Assembly: GCF_001194135.2 (NCBI RefSeq)
Contig: NC_068997.1
Coordinates: 4,241,483-4,305,482 of the forward strand
Origin: Octopus bimaculoides
Taxonomy: Eukaryota
Reading direction: 5' to 3'
Length of the DNA stretch: 64,000 nt
Position 1 is the first letter of the stretch; every line of letters begins with the position of its first letter. The notes under the pieces were generated by a model. That model searched no databases, was not told the DNA's origin, and saw nothing but the letters and a program-made list of their open reading frames with translations. The position numbers and the translations under genes are program-made. Below, piece by piece: positions 38,100-50,140 of this stretch.

Positions 38100-38620
38100 A
38101 TTCATCATGGCGGATCTACACCAGTTCTCTCTTCTTCCGTCTATCTGGTCCTCGTGTAGTTTTGGTCTGTCTTGCAGCAACAGCTCTTGTTATTCTCAGG
38201 CAGGCTGTTTTACTGCTCTCTTTTTTCCAGCTTCCGTGCCATTATAACCTTGGCTTCTCGATTGACTGGCAGACAACATATCCTCTGCCACCCGGAACTG
38301 ATGCCCTGCCAAGATCTTTTGCAGCAGCCTGGACTAGATTCACAGGATTTTCTTATGTCGTAATTCTACTTCATAAATGACTTGTAAGGTTTCCTATAGG
38401 CAACGTAGCTGGAAAGTATGGAGCGTCTTATACCTTCACTGATATTTTCTATGCTCTAACAGCTTAAAGAATTCTTGGCAGCACTTCTGCTCTTTATTGC
38501 CAGATCACTATCCTGGTCATGACTCGTTGTATAGAACAGATTTAGATTCACAATACACATCAAGAATATGCGTGTTAGGAATCTGACCCTGAAATATGGT
38601 TCGTCCTTCGGAATTACTTC
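38100..38620 (-). mobile_element. RTE-like LINE 3' relic
   Basis: SVLYNES (SVLLYGSETW-like), KCCQEFFK, WQG.., ARKLEKRE (GKRKRGRP-like), DR..W-type end; heavily decayed. Confidence 0.5.
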
Positions 38621-39476
38621 CGTTCGCATCCCTTCCTAAGCATCCGTCACAACTGGCCAGAAGGTGTACACAAAATTTACTAAGTTGCAACTACGACGAA
38701 ATAAGTATTTGTCGCATTAGCGATTACTTCTGGGGCGACTACATTTCTGAAGTATATTGTTTTTAACAGTATATGTCTTGAAAATTAGTTTCCCCGGATG
38801 AAAATCCACTGCATTTGGCGTTTAAATAGCGCACCTAACTTATGTAGCATTGATATTATTTTCATTACAGAGCTCCTTCTAATGCATAATTTGAATATAT
38901 AAGATTGTGTATATGTATACACACACATGTACACAAAAACACACACCCACACATACGCACAAACGCGCGCACACCCACACACGCACATACACAGACATAC
39001 ACACTCACACACACACTAATATACAGAGTTAAACACAATATCTGCATCTATCGTCATATTGTTTCTCTTATTTAATCATATGCACGTATGTGTCTGCTTG
39101 AATATACATATTTGTATGTGTGTATACATGTTTCAACATGTGAACTCATATACCAAAATTAAATAGTTATGTCGGCAGATAGAAATATAGATAATATATT
39201 TGTTCATCCATATTATTAATGTACAGCATAAGTATATAGCTACAGATGTAAACTGTTACATAGCAGGAAAGCTCTGTAACTAGGAGAATATATATCTATA
39301 TCTGTATGTATGTGTACATAAGCACGCGCGTGGGTGCGCCTGGGCGCGTGTGCTGGTGTGTGTGTGTGTGCGCGCGCATGTGTATGTGTGTGTGTCTATA
39401 TGTGCTCAGGCACGTGGATGAGCGTGTGAGCGCATTCAAATGTCTATCGGTGTATGTATATATATATATATTTATT

Positions 39477-39557
<81 letters not shown>

Positions 39558-39895
39558 NNNNNNNNNNNNNNNNNNNNNNNNNNNNNNNNNNNNNNNNNNN
39601 NNNNNNNNNNNNNNNNNNNNNNNNNNNNNNNNNNNNNNNNNNNNNNNNNNNNNNNNNNNNNNNNNNNNNNNNNNNNNNNNNNNNNNNNNNNNNNNNNNNN
39701 NNNNNNNNNNNNNNNNNNNNNNNNNNNNNNNNNNNNNNNNNNNNNNNNNNNNNNNNNNNNNNNNNNNNNNNNNNNNNNNNNNNNNNNNNNNNNNNNNNNN
39801 NNNNNNNNNNNNNNNNNNNNNNNNNNNNNNNNNNNNNNNNNNNNNNNNNNNNNNNNNNNNNNNNNNNNNNNNNNNNNNNNNNNNNNNNNNNNNNN

Positions 39896-39928
<33 letters not shown>

Positions 39929-40035
39929 ATGTATGTATGTGTATTGCGCTCGTGCATGCCTGAGATGTTTGCATGTATATTTAGATAGATAGATACATAC
40001 ATACATACATACATACATACATACATAAATACATG

Positions 40036-40094
<59 letters not shown>

Positions 40095-40249
40095 GATAAA
40101 CTAATTAGAAACTTGGGTAACCTCACAGCATATGCTTTTAACTGACAACATTATCATTGTCCTACTGTGACAAGTAAATACTGTGGATAATCTACCGGAC
40201 TTTTCTTTCTCTCGCTGTGCTTGGTGGTGGATTAAATCTGTCTGATTAG

Positions 40250-40640
40250 TTTCAGAGTTTATTATCGCTTCATCACAGATCGATTGCACATTTCCTGACA
40301 ATATTAGCTTTTAGCCATTTTAAAGACACGCAAAATCTGACAGAAACTAATTGGTTTGTTTAATTTGCATAACAGCGCAACCTTTGGATGCGTAGATTAA
40401 TTATTTCAATAATATCAAAATTATACACACCGTGTTGCCCCTAATTTTTCTATCATTATATTACGTTTCTCTTAATTAATTCGTTTTCACTACACTTTCA
40501 CTGTTATGCTAATGAGACAAACCCATATAGCTCTGTCAGTGATTGTGTGTATACTATATATAACTCTATAACAATGTTTTACATCTGGTCAGAAAGCTAA
40601 CAGCCGATCTCTGATGAGGCAGTAATAAACTCTGAATCTA
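40250..40640. repeat. About 390-bp unit with terminal inverted repeats carrying hammerhead-like cores
   Basis: 40251-40282 versus reverse complement of 40605-40636: 28/32 identical; arms contain CTGATGA...CTGAA(A)C. Confidence 0.7.
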
Positions 40641-40869
40641 TTTCAATTTATTTGCTACTTTATTCAGAGTCCTGAAGTTAATCCATGAGGTTTTAACTTT
40701 CCTAGAAAGGGGAAAATGTGTGCTTTAAAAAAACAAGCTCCAAAGAGTTAGCTCTACATTCTTAATCATCATATTACCATAACATGCTAACTGTGAAAGT
40801 GCATGGATATCAGTGAGGATTTGATACACTGAATTACTTACTCAGTAAATTAGCGGCAGGGCATTTAAC

Positions 40870-40934
40870 ATGTACTCTTAACGTGTACTCTAAATGTGTA
40901 CCCTAAACATGTACCCTAAACGTGTACTCTTATA
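40870..40934 (+). repeat. 13-bp minisatellite x5 (rtgtacyctaaac consensus)
   Basis: Units start at 40870, 40883, 40896, 40909 and 40922. Confidence 0.9.
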
Positions 40935-41889
40935 ATGGATGACAGAGTACTTCCAAGTTCAGTTCCTGTAACTTGAGCAGCGTTCTTTGTGCAGCATGTG
41001 GTCGAGCATTGTCTTGCAAGAGAATTGGTCTGTCTCTATTGACCAATCTCAGGTGTTTAATTGCAAGTTCACTCATCATTTCATCCAATTGATTGATGTA
41101 TACATCCGCTGTAATTGACTTACCAGGTCTCATGAAGCTGTAGTGGATGACAGACACCATTAGCTTTTTTTGGTGAATGTTCTTTCTTGGATTGTGATTT
41201 GGGACTTCGTCTCAATCCAACCACCGTGAAGAACGTTTGCTATTGTTGAAAAGAATCCATTTTTTATGACACGTAACATTACGATGCATAAATGGTTCGC
41301 TTCTTATGCCGTGACAGCAAAGAACAGCAAGTTACATGAGGATGTGTCATTTTATGCTCGTTCAGTTCATGCGGTACCCTCTTATACAGCTTCTTTTCCT
41401 TGCCGATTTGTTTCAGATGGTCCAATACAGTTGGAATCGCAACATCAAACCTTGCTGATAACTCACGCGTAGTTTGAGATGTATCTACTTCGACTACAGT
41501 TTCGGGCTCATCAACATCCACCTTGGTCTCAGGTCTACCACAGGACTGATTCTCAAGTGTAAAGTCACCAGACTGGAACTTCCCAGATGTACAGTGCGCT
41601 CATTGGCCACATCTTCACCAAACACTTCATTGATGTTTCGAGCTGTCTGGAATGCATTGGTTCCACGACGAAACTCATATTCATAAACAACACAAATTTT
41701 TAATTTCGCAAAAATTGATTTACAAGAGAAAACTTACAATATAATTCCACACCATTATTGCATTTCGAAAAGTGATGGTGTAACTCTTCAGTCTTGTAAA
41801 ACAAAGAATTGTCAGGATAAAACATTAGAGTTAACGACTGTCAAACTTGGTGCATATGAAAATCGGCCATTTCATTCTTAATGACCTGG
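40932..41889 (-). mobile_element. Mariner DD34D (Hsmar/SETMAR-like) relic with 5' TIR, 3'-truncated
   Basis: TA|CCAGGTCATTAAGAATG end; YEFRRG; GRP; TTRELSARF; VPHEL; DEKW-like block; ILLQDNARPH; LCHP, then breaks. Confidence 0.88.
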
Positions 41890-42020
41890 TATATATATAT
41901 ATATATATATATACAGAAACCATCCTTAAACTCATTCCAATACAATGGTAAAAGACTATTAAATGAATGGTGAATAGGAAGGGGGACACCCCTTCTCTCT
42001 CTCTCTCTCCCTCTACCTAT

Positions 42021-42236
42021 CTTATTTCTTTACTGCCCACAAGGGGCTACACACAGAGGGGCAAACAAGGACAAACAAACGGATTAAGTCGATTATATCG
42101 ACCCTAGTGCGTAACTGGTACTTATTTAATCGATCCCGAAAGGAGGAAAGGCAAAGTCGACCCCGGCGGAATTTGAAATCGGAACGTAGCGCCAGACGAA
42201 ATATCGCTAAGCATTTCGCTCGGCGTGCTATCGTTT
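42021..42236 (-). mobile_element. SINE family A, tail variant 1
   Basis: Aligns with 58363-58596; head partly lost into (CTAT)n. Confidence 0.88.
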
Positions 42237-42285
42237 ATACCAGTTCCCTCTACCTATCTGTCTATCTGTCTTACTATCTATCTAT

Positions 42286-42319
<34 letters not shown>

Positions 42320-42760
42320 CTGTATATATATATATATATATATATATCTCCATCCATCCATCCATCCATCCATACATCTATCTATATATCAACCAATCTT
42401 ACCTACCTATATTTCTATTTATCCATCTCCATTGTCATCGAACCTCACCCAAAAGAACAAAAACAATGTTCTCTTCTAAACAAAACCCCCCAAAAACTTT
42501 TGTTCTATATAAATAAACAAGCTGTTTATACATTCACAAAATATTATTTGACAAGTTCGAGAAAGGAAAGAAAGCGTTAGTAATAATAAAGAAATAAAAA
42601 GATTTTTTATCCAAAATCCTGACTACTTTTTTTCGTTNNNNNNNNNNNNNNNNNNNNNNNNNNNNNNNNNNNNNNNNNNNNNNNNNNNNNNNNNNNNNNN
42701 NNNNNNNNNNNNNNNNNNNNNNNNNNNNNNNNNNNNNNNNNNNNNNNNNNNNNNNNNNNN

Positions 42761-42797
<37 letters not shown>

Positions 42798-43150
42798 GTA
42801 TATATGAATTATTTCTAAGCATGAATTATATATAGACACATATATTTGTATATCTATTACACATATACTATTTATTAATTAATTAAATTTTGGCAACTCT
42901 ATATAAGTACTATCAGAATGAATATATAGAACCATAAAATCATAAAAATTCTAAGTAGAACCAAAATATTTGAATAAATCAATTTTGTCTTTAAGATACT
43001 TGGAAATATAAAGGTTTCCTTTTTAATTTGTTATGAAATAACATAACATGACATTCTGATATTGGCTGGTAATGAATTCAAGGATCGTGGAATGACATAC
43101 TAAGATTCTATGGTTTAAAGAATACACGAGCTAAACTTAAAAATGAAACT

Positions 43151-43210
43151 TTAAAGTCTCGTTCATATATTTAAAGTCTCGTTCATATATTTAAAGTCTC
43201 GTTCATATAT
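43151..43210 (+). repeat. Perfect 20-bp tandem triplication (ttaaagtctcgttcatatat)x3
   Basis: Direct inspection. Confidence 0.95.
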
Positions 43211-44323
43211 TTTGGTGCAGCGCCAAGCAGACGATTATGGAGAAAAATACATATTTTGGAATTTATGGGAAAAATAGATTGATAATCAATTAGCGGTCAA
43301 TTAATGTCAGTGTTATGTGTTCACATCTGTTTGGTCTTTTATCAAAGCAAACACAAATATTTGGAATGGTTCTGGAGCTATTTCGGTTTAGTTTTGTTAA
43401 TTGCAATCAAAATATCATTACAATAAGCCACATTGCAAACGATAAAACATAGCAATCAGATGTTTTCATTCGGAACTGACTAAATCCTATGTAGACAATT
43501 CATGTCGCATAAGCATTTCTGGTGAATATTTCTGAGATCATCAAAGTTCAAGTACCTGATCTGTAGAATGTCAACCACCACATATTTTTCCTGCTCGTGA
43601 GAAACTTATATAAAATACAAATCTGTAAAGTAGGTATTGTCATTGTATTTATATTATAACTCAAACCAGACAAGAACACTTTAGGTTTTGCGTATTTTTC
43701 CAATTTGTTGGATGTGAACCAGTCTAGCATGCGTTACGTGTGTGTGGATGTGTCTGTTTGTCTGTCTATCTGTCTGTCTGTCTGAATGCATGTATGTATG
43801 TATGTATGTATGTATGTATGCATGTACGCATGTATATGTTTGTGTCAAGTCACCTTCAGTCACTAAGTCACCAAGATTGCTTGGTAATGACAGTGGTTTA
43901 GTTGGACACTCTGCAGGATGGAAAACGAAATCCGTCAAAGTGTGGATTCATTCAGTAGATTTAAAAGATATACAACAGCTGAGAAAGAGAGAGAGGGAGA
44001 GAGAGAGAGAGAGAGAGAGACCCATAGACTTTGTTTAGAAATTTCTCTAGGAGGAAAACTTTGATGCAATACCTTCAATTTTTTTTCCAGTCAATGATGT
44101 AGACCAGTTCGTTTTAGGCAAATGCGTAGGTCGTGCTGATAGCAGAATTGGCCCAGTGCAAAACCTTTCCTCACTTTAAAAGGCTTGGGCCACTGACACC
44201 GCGTCGCTTTGAACATTTCTTCTGTGTTGCATAAGAGAAAATAAGACACAGGTTTTAAACACAAAGGGATTTATTCAGTCAATGATATTATTGCTGTTTC
44301 CTTTCAATATCTTGAGCCATCTT

Positions 44324-44455
44324 AAGGTAGCGAGCTGGTAGAAACGTTAGCACGCCGGGTGAAATGCTTAGCGGTATTTCGTTTGCCGCTATGTTCTGAG
44401 TTCAAATTCCACCGAGGTCGACTTTGCCTTTCATCCTTTCTCGGTCGATTAAATT
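44324..44455 (+). mobile_element. SINE family A head and core, 3'-truncated (part 1 of chimera)
   Basis: aaggtagcgagctggtagaaacgttagcacgccggg...ggtcgattaaatt. Confidence 0.88.
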
Positions 44456-44519
44456 GCGGTCTGGCATTGTCATGGTGGAAGCCAGCACTTTTATGATTAG
44501 AAAGTGCAGGATGTTTTTG
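44456..44519 (-). mobile_element. Roughly 65-bp mariner transposase fragment (part 2 of chimera)
   Basis: Translates KHPALSNHKSAGFHHDNARP, the mariner ..FHHDNARPH second-aspartate motif. Confidence 0.7.
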
Positions 44520-44527
44520 GTGGGTTA

Positions 44528-44662
44528 ATGCGTTGTGTCCTTGAGCAAGACACTTCATTTCACGTTGCTCCGGTGGAGTCAACTGGCATAAGTGAGTAGT
44601 ACCTCTATTTCAAAGGGACAGCCTTGTCATATTGTGTATCACGCTGGATCTCCCTGAGAACC
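44528..44662 (+). mobile_element. SINE family C core and partial tail (part 3 of chimera)
   Basis: gtgtccttgagcaagacactt core; ttcaaagggacagccttgtca...ctccctgagaac shared with the reverse complement of 46070-46130. Confidence 0.75.
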
Positions 44663-44719
44663 AAAGCCTTGTGAGTGGATTTGGTAGACGGAAACTGAAA
44701 GAAGCCCGTCGTACATATG

Positions 44720-44778
<59 letters not shown>

Positions 44779-45000
44779 ATGTGTTTATGTTTCTCTGTTT
44801 GTCCCCCAACAACGCTTGACAACCGATGCTGGTGTGTTTACGTCCCCGTAACATAGCAGTTCGACAAAAAGAGACTGATAGAATAAGTACTAGGCTTACA
44901 AAGAATAAGTCCTAGAGTGTATTTGCTTGACTAAAGGCGGTACTCCAGCATGGCCACAGTCAAATGACTGAAACAAGTAAAAGAGCAAGAGTAAAAGAGT
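44661..45000 (+). mobile_element. SINE family B, 5'-truncated (part 4 of chimera)
   Basis: ccaaagccttgtgagtggatttggtagacggaaactgaaagaagcccgtcg, (TG)n, family B 3' end. Confidence 0.88.
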
Positions 45001-45362
45001 ATGTATGTAAGTATGTGGTGGGTGGGTGATTGGGTGAATGTGTGTTTGCCTGTGTAGACATGCAAGAGTGAATGTCTAAGAAGTCGCTTTGTCAAATTTG
45101 TTTTTATTAGCGTTTCTGTTTTTGTCTTTTTTTACTGGATATACTTAAAATGTGTACGTGAGTACGTATGTTTGCGCACGCGTATTTTTATGTGTATGTA
45201 TGTATGTGTGTGTGTATGTGTGTGTACGTGTGTTAATTTCTTACTCGTCCTACAGAATCTACACCTAGTTTACTCAAGCTGCACTACGTCTTTCACTCCA
45301 ACTTTAACCTAACAAATACTCGCATTGTTATACATTTTCTTCTCATTGTTATACATTTTCTT

Positions 45363-45412
45363 CTTAATTTCTTTAACCATTGAAATATATTTCAATGGTT
45401 AAAGAAATTAAG
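45363..45412. repeat. Perfect 50-bp palindrome (25-bp arms, no spacer)
   Basis: cttaatttctttaaccattgaaata|tatttcaatggttaaagaaattaag; all 25 pairs checked. Confidence 0.95.
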
Positions 45413-45947
45413 TTGTATAGTTTTGCAGTCGCTTCTTTTGTGTGTATTTTTCCCCCTTTCTTCTTGATTTTTTTATGCTTCTTTTACCTGTATTGTTTTG
45501 TTTTTGGGTGGGGGGGTGTTTTTCTTTTTTCTTGAGATATTTCTGATAACTTTGTGTGAATGTGTAAGGATCGGTTAATTCTGATACAATGAGTCGTGAA
45601 AATTCTTTAAACATAAAGAAAAAAATTCAATGCAATTTGCTTGAATTCATTTGTTTAAGTGAGGCAGGCGAGACAATAACTACAAATGTACCACGGCTTG
45701 CTATCTATCCTTGATATTGTCAACGCGACAAATGACCGAATTACTAAATACGTCATACACAAACTCACACAATGTGATCGAGCTAGGAAGACACATAATT
45801 CTAAATTACTTCAGTTCACTTGGCTATGTGGCAGGATGGTTACAGCTGTCGTTGTTGTTGTTGTTGTTGTTGTTGACGACGACGACGACGACGATGATGA
45901 TGATGATGACGGCGATAATGGTCATTAAATGTGTATGTGTATGTGTT

Positions 45948-46238
45948 GTTTGTTTGTTGGCCCTCCGTCGCTTACGACGACGAGGGTTCCAGTTGATCCG
46001 ATCAACGGAACAGCCTGCTCGTGAAATTAACGTGCAAGTGGCTGAGCACTCCACAGACACGTGTACCCTTAACATAGTTCTCGGGGATATTCAGCATGAC
46101 ACAGTGTGACAAGGCTGACCCTTTGAATTACAGGCACAACAGAAACAGGAAGTAAGAGTGAGAGAAAGTTGTGGTGAAAGAGTACAGCAGGGTTCGCCAC
46201 CATCTCCTGCCGGAGCCTCGTGGAGCTTTAGGTGTTTT
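45948..46238 (-). mobile_element. Retroposon 3' part sharing the family C tail; runs into a gap
   Basis: aattcaaagggtcagccttgtcacac...gagaactatgttaagggtacacgtg...ctcgtcgtcgtaagcgacggagg then (ACAA)n. Confidence 0.8.
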
Positions 46239-46902
46239 NNNNNNNNNNNNNNNNNNNNNNNNNNNNNNNNNNNNNNNNNNNNNNNNNNNNNNNNNNNNNN
46301 NNNNNNNNNNNNNNNNNNNNNNNNNNNNNNNNNNNNNNNNNNNNNNNNNNNNNNNNNNNNNNNNNNNNNNNNNNNNNNNNNNNNNNNNNNNNNNNNNNNN
46401 NNNNNNNNNNNNNNNNNNNNNNNNNNNNNNNNNNNNNNNNNNNNNNNNNNNNNNNNNNNNNNNNNNNNNNNNNNNNNNNNNNNNNNNNNNNNNNNNNNNN
46501 NNNNNNNNNNNNNNNNNNNNNNNNNNNNNNNNNNNNNNNNNNNNNNNNNNNNNNNNNNNNNNNNNNNNNNNTATATATATATATATATATATATATATGC
46601 ATATATATATGCATGTGTGTGTGTGTGTGTGAAATATATATATATGTGTATAATAAAACTGTTAGGCTGTTTTAATTGTAGCAAGCTTTATTCAGTTGTT
46701 ATTTGTGTGTGTGTGTGTGTGTGTATACAATTATGTATGTGTGTGTCTATGTAATGTATGCACGTACGTTCGTACATGCTATTTATTAACCATTCCCATT
46801 CATAGTATTTTATTCTTATTTACTTTACCAATAAATCGTGGCTGGATTTCAGACAAACAAAAATACCTTTGAGAAGCGTTATTCTAAAACAACAGAAGGC
46901 GC

Positions 46903-46952
46903 ATAATAATAACAATAACAACAATAATAATAATAATAACAATAATAATAAC

Positions 46953-47039
<87 letters not shown>

Positions 47040-47092
47040 AATAATAATAATGATAATAATAATAATGATAACAATAATGATAATAATAATAT

Positions 47093-47141
<49 letters not shown>

Positions 47142-47166
47142 AATAATAATGATAATAATAATAATG

Positions 47167-47230
<64 letters not shown>
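46903..47230 (+). repeat. Long (AAT)n microsatellite, over 320 bp, continuing into a gap
   Basis: Direct inspection. Confidence 0.95.
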
Positions 47231-48610
47231 NNNNNNNNNNNNNNNNNNNNNNNNNNNNNNNNNNNNNNNNNNNNNNNNNNNNNNNNNNNNNNNNNNNNNN
47301 NNNNNNNNNNNNNNNNNNNNNNNNNNNNNNNNNNNNNNNNNNNNNNNNNNNNNNNNNNNNNNNNNNNNNNNNNNNNNNNNNNNNNNNNNNNNNNNNNNNN
47401 NNNNNNNNNNNNNNNNNNNNNNNNNNNNNNNNNNNNNNNNNNNNNNNNNNNNNNNNNNNNNNNNNNNNNNNNNNNNNNNNNNNNNNNNNNNNNNNNNNNN
47501 NNNNNNNNNNNNNNNNNNNNNNNNNNNNNNNNNNNNNNNNNNNNNNNNNNNNNNNNNNNNNNNNNNNNNNNNNNNNNNNNNNNNNNNNNNNNNNNNNNNN
47601 NNNNNNNNNNNNNNNNNNNNNNNNNNNNNNNNNNNNNNNNNNNNNNNNNNNNNNNNNNNNNNNNNNNNNNNNNNNNNNNNNNNNNNNNNNNNNNNNNNNN
47701 NNNNNNNNNNNNNNNNNNNNNNNNNNNNNNNNNNNNNNNNNNNNNNNNNNNNNNNNNNNNNNNNNNNNNNNNNNNNNNNNNNNNNNNNNNNNNNNNNNNN
47801 NNNNNNNNNNNNNNNATATATATATATATATATATAAATTCGTTTTTTAAATCTTAAATTAGTTTGCAAGTGATATTTATACCTTTCCCAATACCATTAA
47901 TGATGTAGTTAAAGACGTATAGTAAAGACGTTTCCGAATTGCCTCGGATGCATATGGTCAGAAATCCATCTCACTTCTAAGTTTTCTAAGCAAGTATCTA
48001 CAGTCATATGCTTGATTCAGTCACTGCCTTGGGAGTGGCGTTTTTGCTGATCGAAAACTAAAGAGAAGTTCGTTTTATATATGGTCCCCAAAAATAAAAT
48101 ATGCATCTTTACACATACATATATGATATATACATAAATAGCGTAGACCCCAGGGAAAACAAGGAGTTAGTACTCCAAAACGTGGAGCTCAGGTTCAAAA
48201 TATCAAGTATTGTAATGTTTACGTGTCTCGTATATAGAGTGTGTGAGTGAGTGTGAGCATGGGTTTGTGTGTGAGTGTGCGTGTCTGTGTGTCTCTGTCT
48301 GTGTGAGTGTATGTGTATGTGTGTATGTATGCGTGTGTGCGTATCCGTGACTGTATTTGTGTGTCTATATGCGCGTCTCTGTATAATTTTCACCGATGCG
48401 TAACGCAGAAAGATATCTACCTCAACCAGACGGTCGTTAAACCTGTTCTTTCGAATAAAAAGAAATTCATTTTCACATTCGTTCCGCCAAAGTCCTGCAG
48501 ACGATCTCTTGTCTATGTCGCTGTCGTAAATTTACAATGAACCAATGTCTGCTTCCTGAATAAACTAATAGAAAACAGCATTATCGCTTAAAAAGAATGA
48601 CGTAAAATAT

Positions 48611-48718
<108 letters not shown>

Positions 48719-48730
48719 TAATAATAATAA

Positions 48731-49359
48731 TTCACGAATGAATGCCCTAAACTTGCGTAAAAGTACTACAAGTTGTGGCGACACGATCAGGTAGTAAAAG
48801 TGCTACATTGGAAACTGCAAAAAGGTGTGGCTAGAGAGAGGCAAGACGTTGTATGAACACAAACCGCAGAAAGTAGCAGAGTCGGAGACTAGCAAAATCT
48901 TCTGGGATTTCCCAATCCAAATAGATCAGGTGCTAGAGCATAACAGACCGGACATTGTGGTGGTGGTGTACAAGATGCACCACACATGCTACATAGTTGA
49001 TGTTGCATGCCCCTTTGCCCCAGGAATAGTCAAGAAGGAAGGCGAAAAGATAGATAAGTACAACCCTCTTAAGTACGAAATAGCCTGGGTATGGAAAATA
49101 AAGACGGTGAAGATAGTGCCAATTATTGTTGGGTCTTTGGGATCAGCATCAGAAGGCATCAAGGGGGATATAAAGGAAATCGGAATAGAACACCCAGTAG
49201 AACTGTTATAAAAGGCTTGCTTCCTTGGTACGGCCAGAATAATCAGGAAAGTATTAGATAGGTGAAAAGAATGGAGAGCATGGTACCGTAGGCTGCAGGT
49301 AGCAAGCTCGCTACGCATGCAAGACTCCAGAAACTCCAACAAAACCTGTGATAAAGAGA
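48731..49359 (+). mobile_element. R4/Dong-clade LINE 3' end (another subfamily), embedded in (TAA)n
   Basis: ECPKLA..YKLWRHDQVVKVLHW; WDFPIQ.D..LEHNRPDIV; VDVACP; VPIIVGSLG; GTARIIRKVLDR*; (TAG)n(TAA)n on the left and (TAA)n on the right. Confidence 0.9.
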
Positions 49360-49420
<61 letters not shown>

Positions 49421-49435
49421 GTAATAATAATAATA

Positions 49436-49686
49436 ATGCCCTAATGCAATACCAGGCAGTGGCTCTCATGGCTTCTGATCTTAATTGATTAGAAGTGTTA
49501 TCATGTACATTGTTTTGTCTTGGTATAAAAAGATGGGCTACAGCAAATATTCTGCTCAGTACCACAGATTTGCTTGTGAATTGTTTGACCTTAACCAGTT
49601 GAGCATGCCCCTTGGTGGCTGATGATATGTGCATCTCTGATCACGAGCAGAAGTAGTGGGGGAGCATCATAGCCATGTGTTGAAAG
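49436..49686 (-). mobile_element. Repeat X, 3' portion
   Basis: Aligns with 33921-34170. Confidence 0.85.
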
Positions 49687-50140
49687 GAAGGAGGAGGAGG
49701 AGGGGAGGAGGGGNNNNNNNNNNNNNNNNNNNNNNNNNNNNGAGGAGAAGGAAGATAGGAAGAGGAGGAGAAGGAAGATAGGAAGAGGAGGAGAAGGAAG
49801 ATAGGAAGAGGAGGAGAAGGAAGATAGGAAGAGGAGGAGAAGGAAGATAGGAACAGGAGGAGAAGGAAGATAGGAAGAGGAGGAGAAGGAGGATAGGAAG
49901 AGGAGGAGAAAGATAGGAAGATAGGAAGGAGGAGGATATGAAGAGGAGGATACGAAGGGGAGGATACGAAGAGGAGGATACGAAGAGAAGGATAGAAAGA
50001 GGAGGAGGATAGGAGGGGAAGGGGAGATGAAGGAGAGAGGGAGAGGAGAAGGAGGGAGAGGAGAAGGAGGGAGAGGAGAAGGAGGGAGAGGAGAAGGAGG
50101 GAGAGGAGAAGGAGGGAGAGGAGAAGGAGGGAGAGGGGAG
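49687..50140 (+). repeat. Polypurine minisatellites: 20-bp (gaggagaaggaagataggaa)n and 15-bp (gagaggagaaggagg)n
   Basis: Direct inspection; includes a small gap. Confidence 0.9.

Noticed and set aside
43151-43210. Short direct repeats as a CRISPR-like array (also 40870-40934)
   Set aside because: No spacers and a eukaryotic context; simple tandem repeats.
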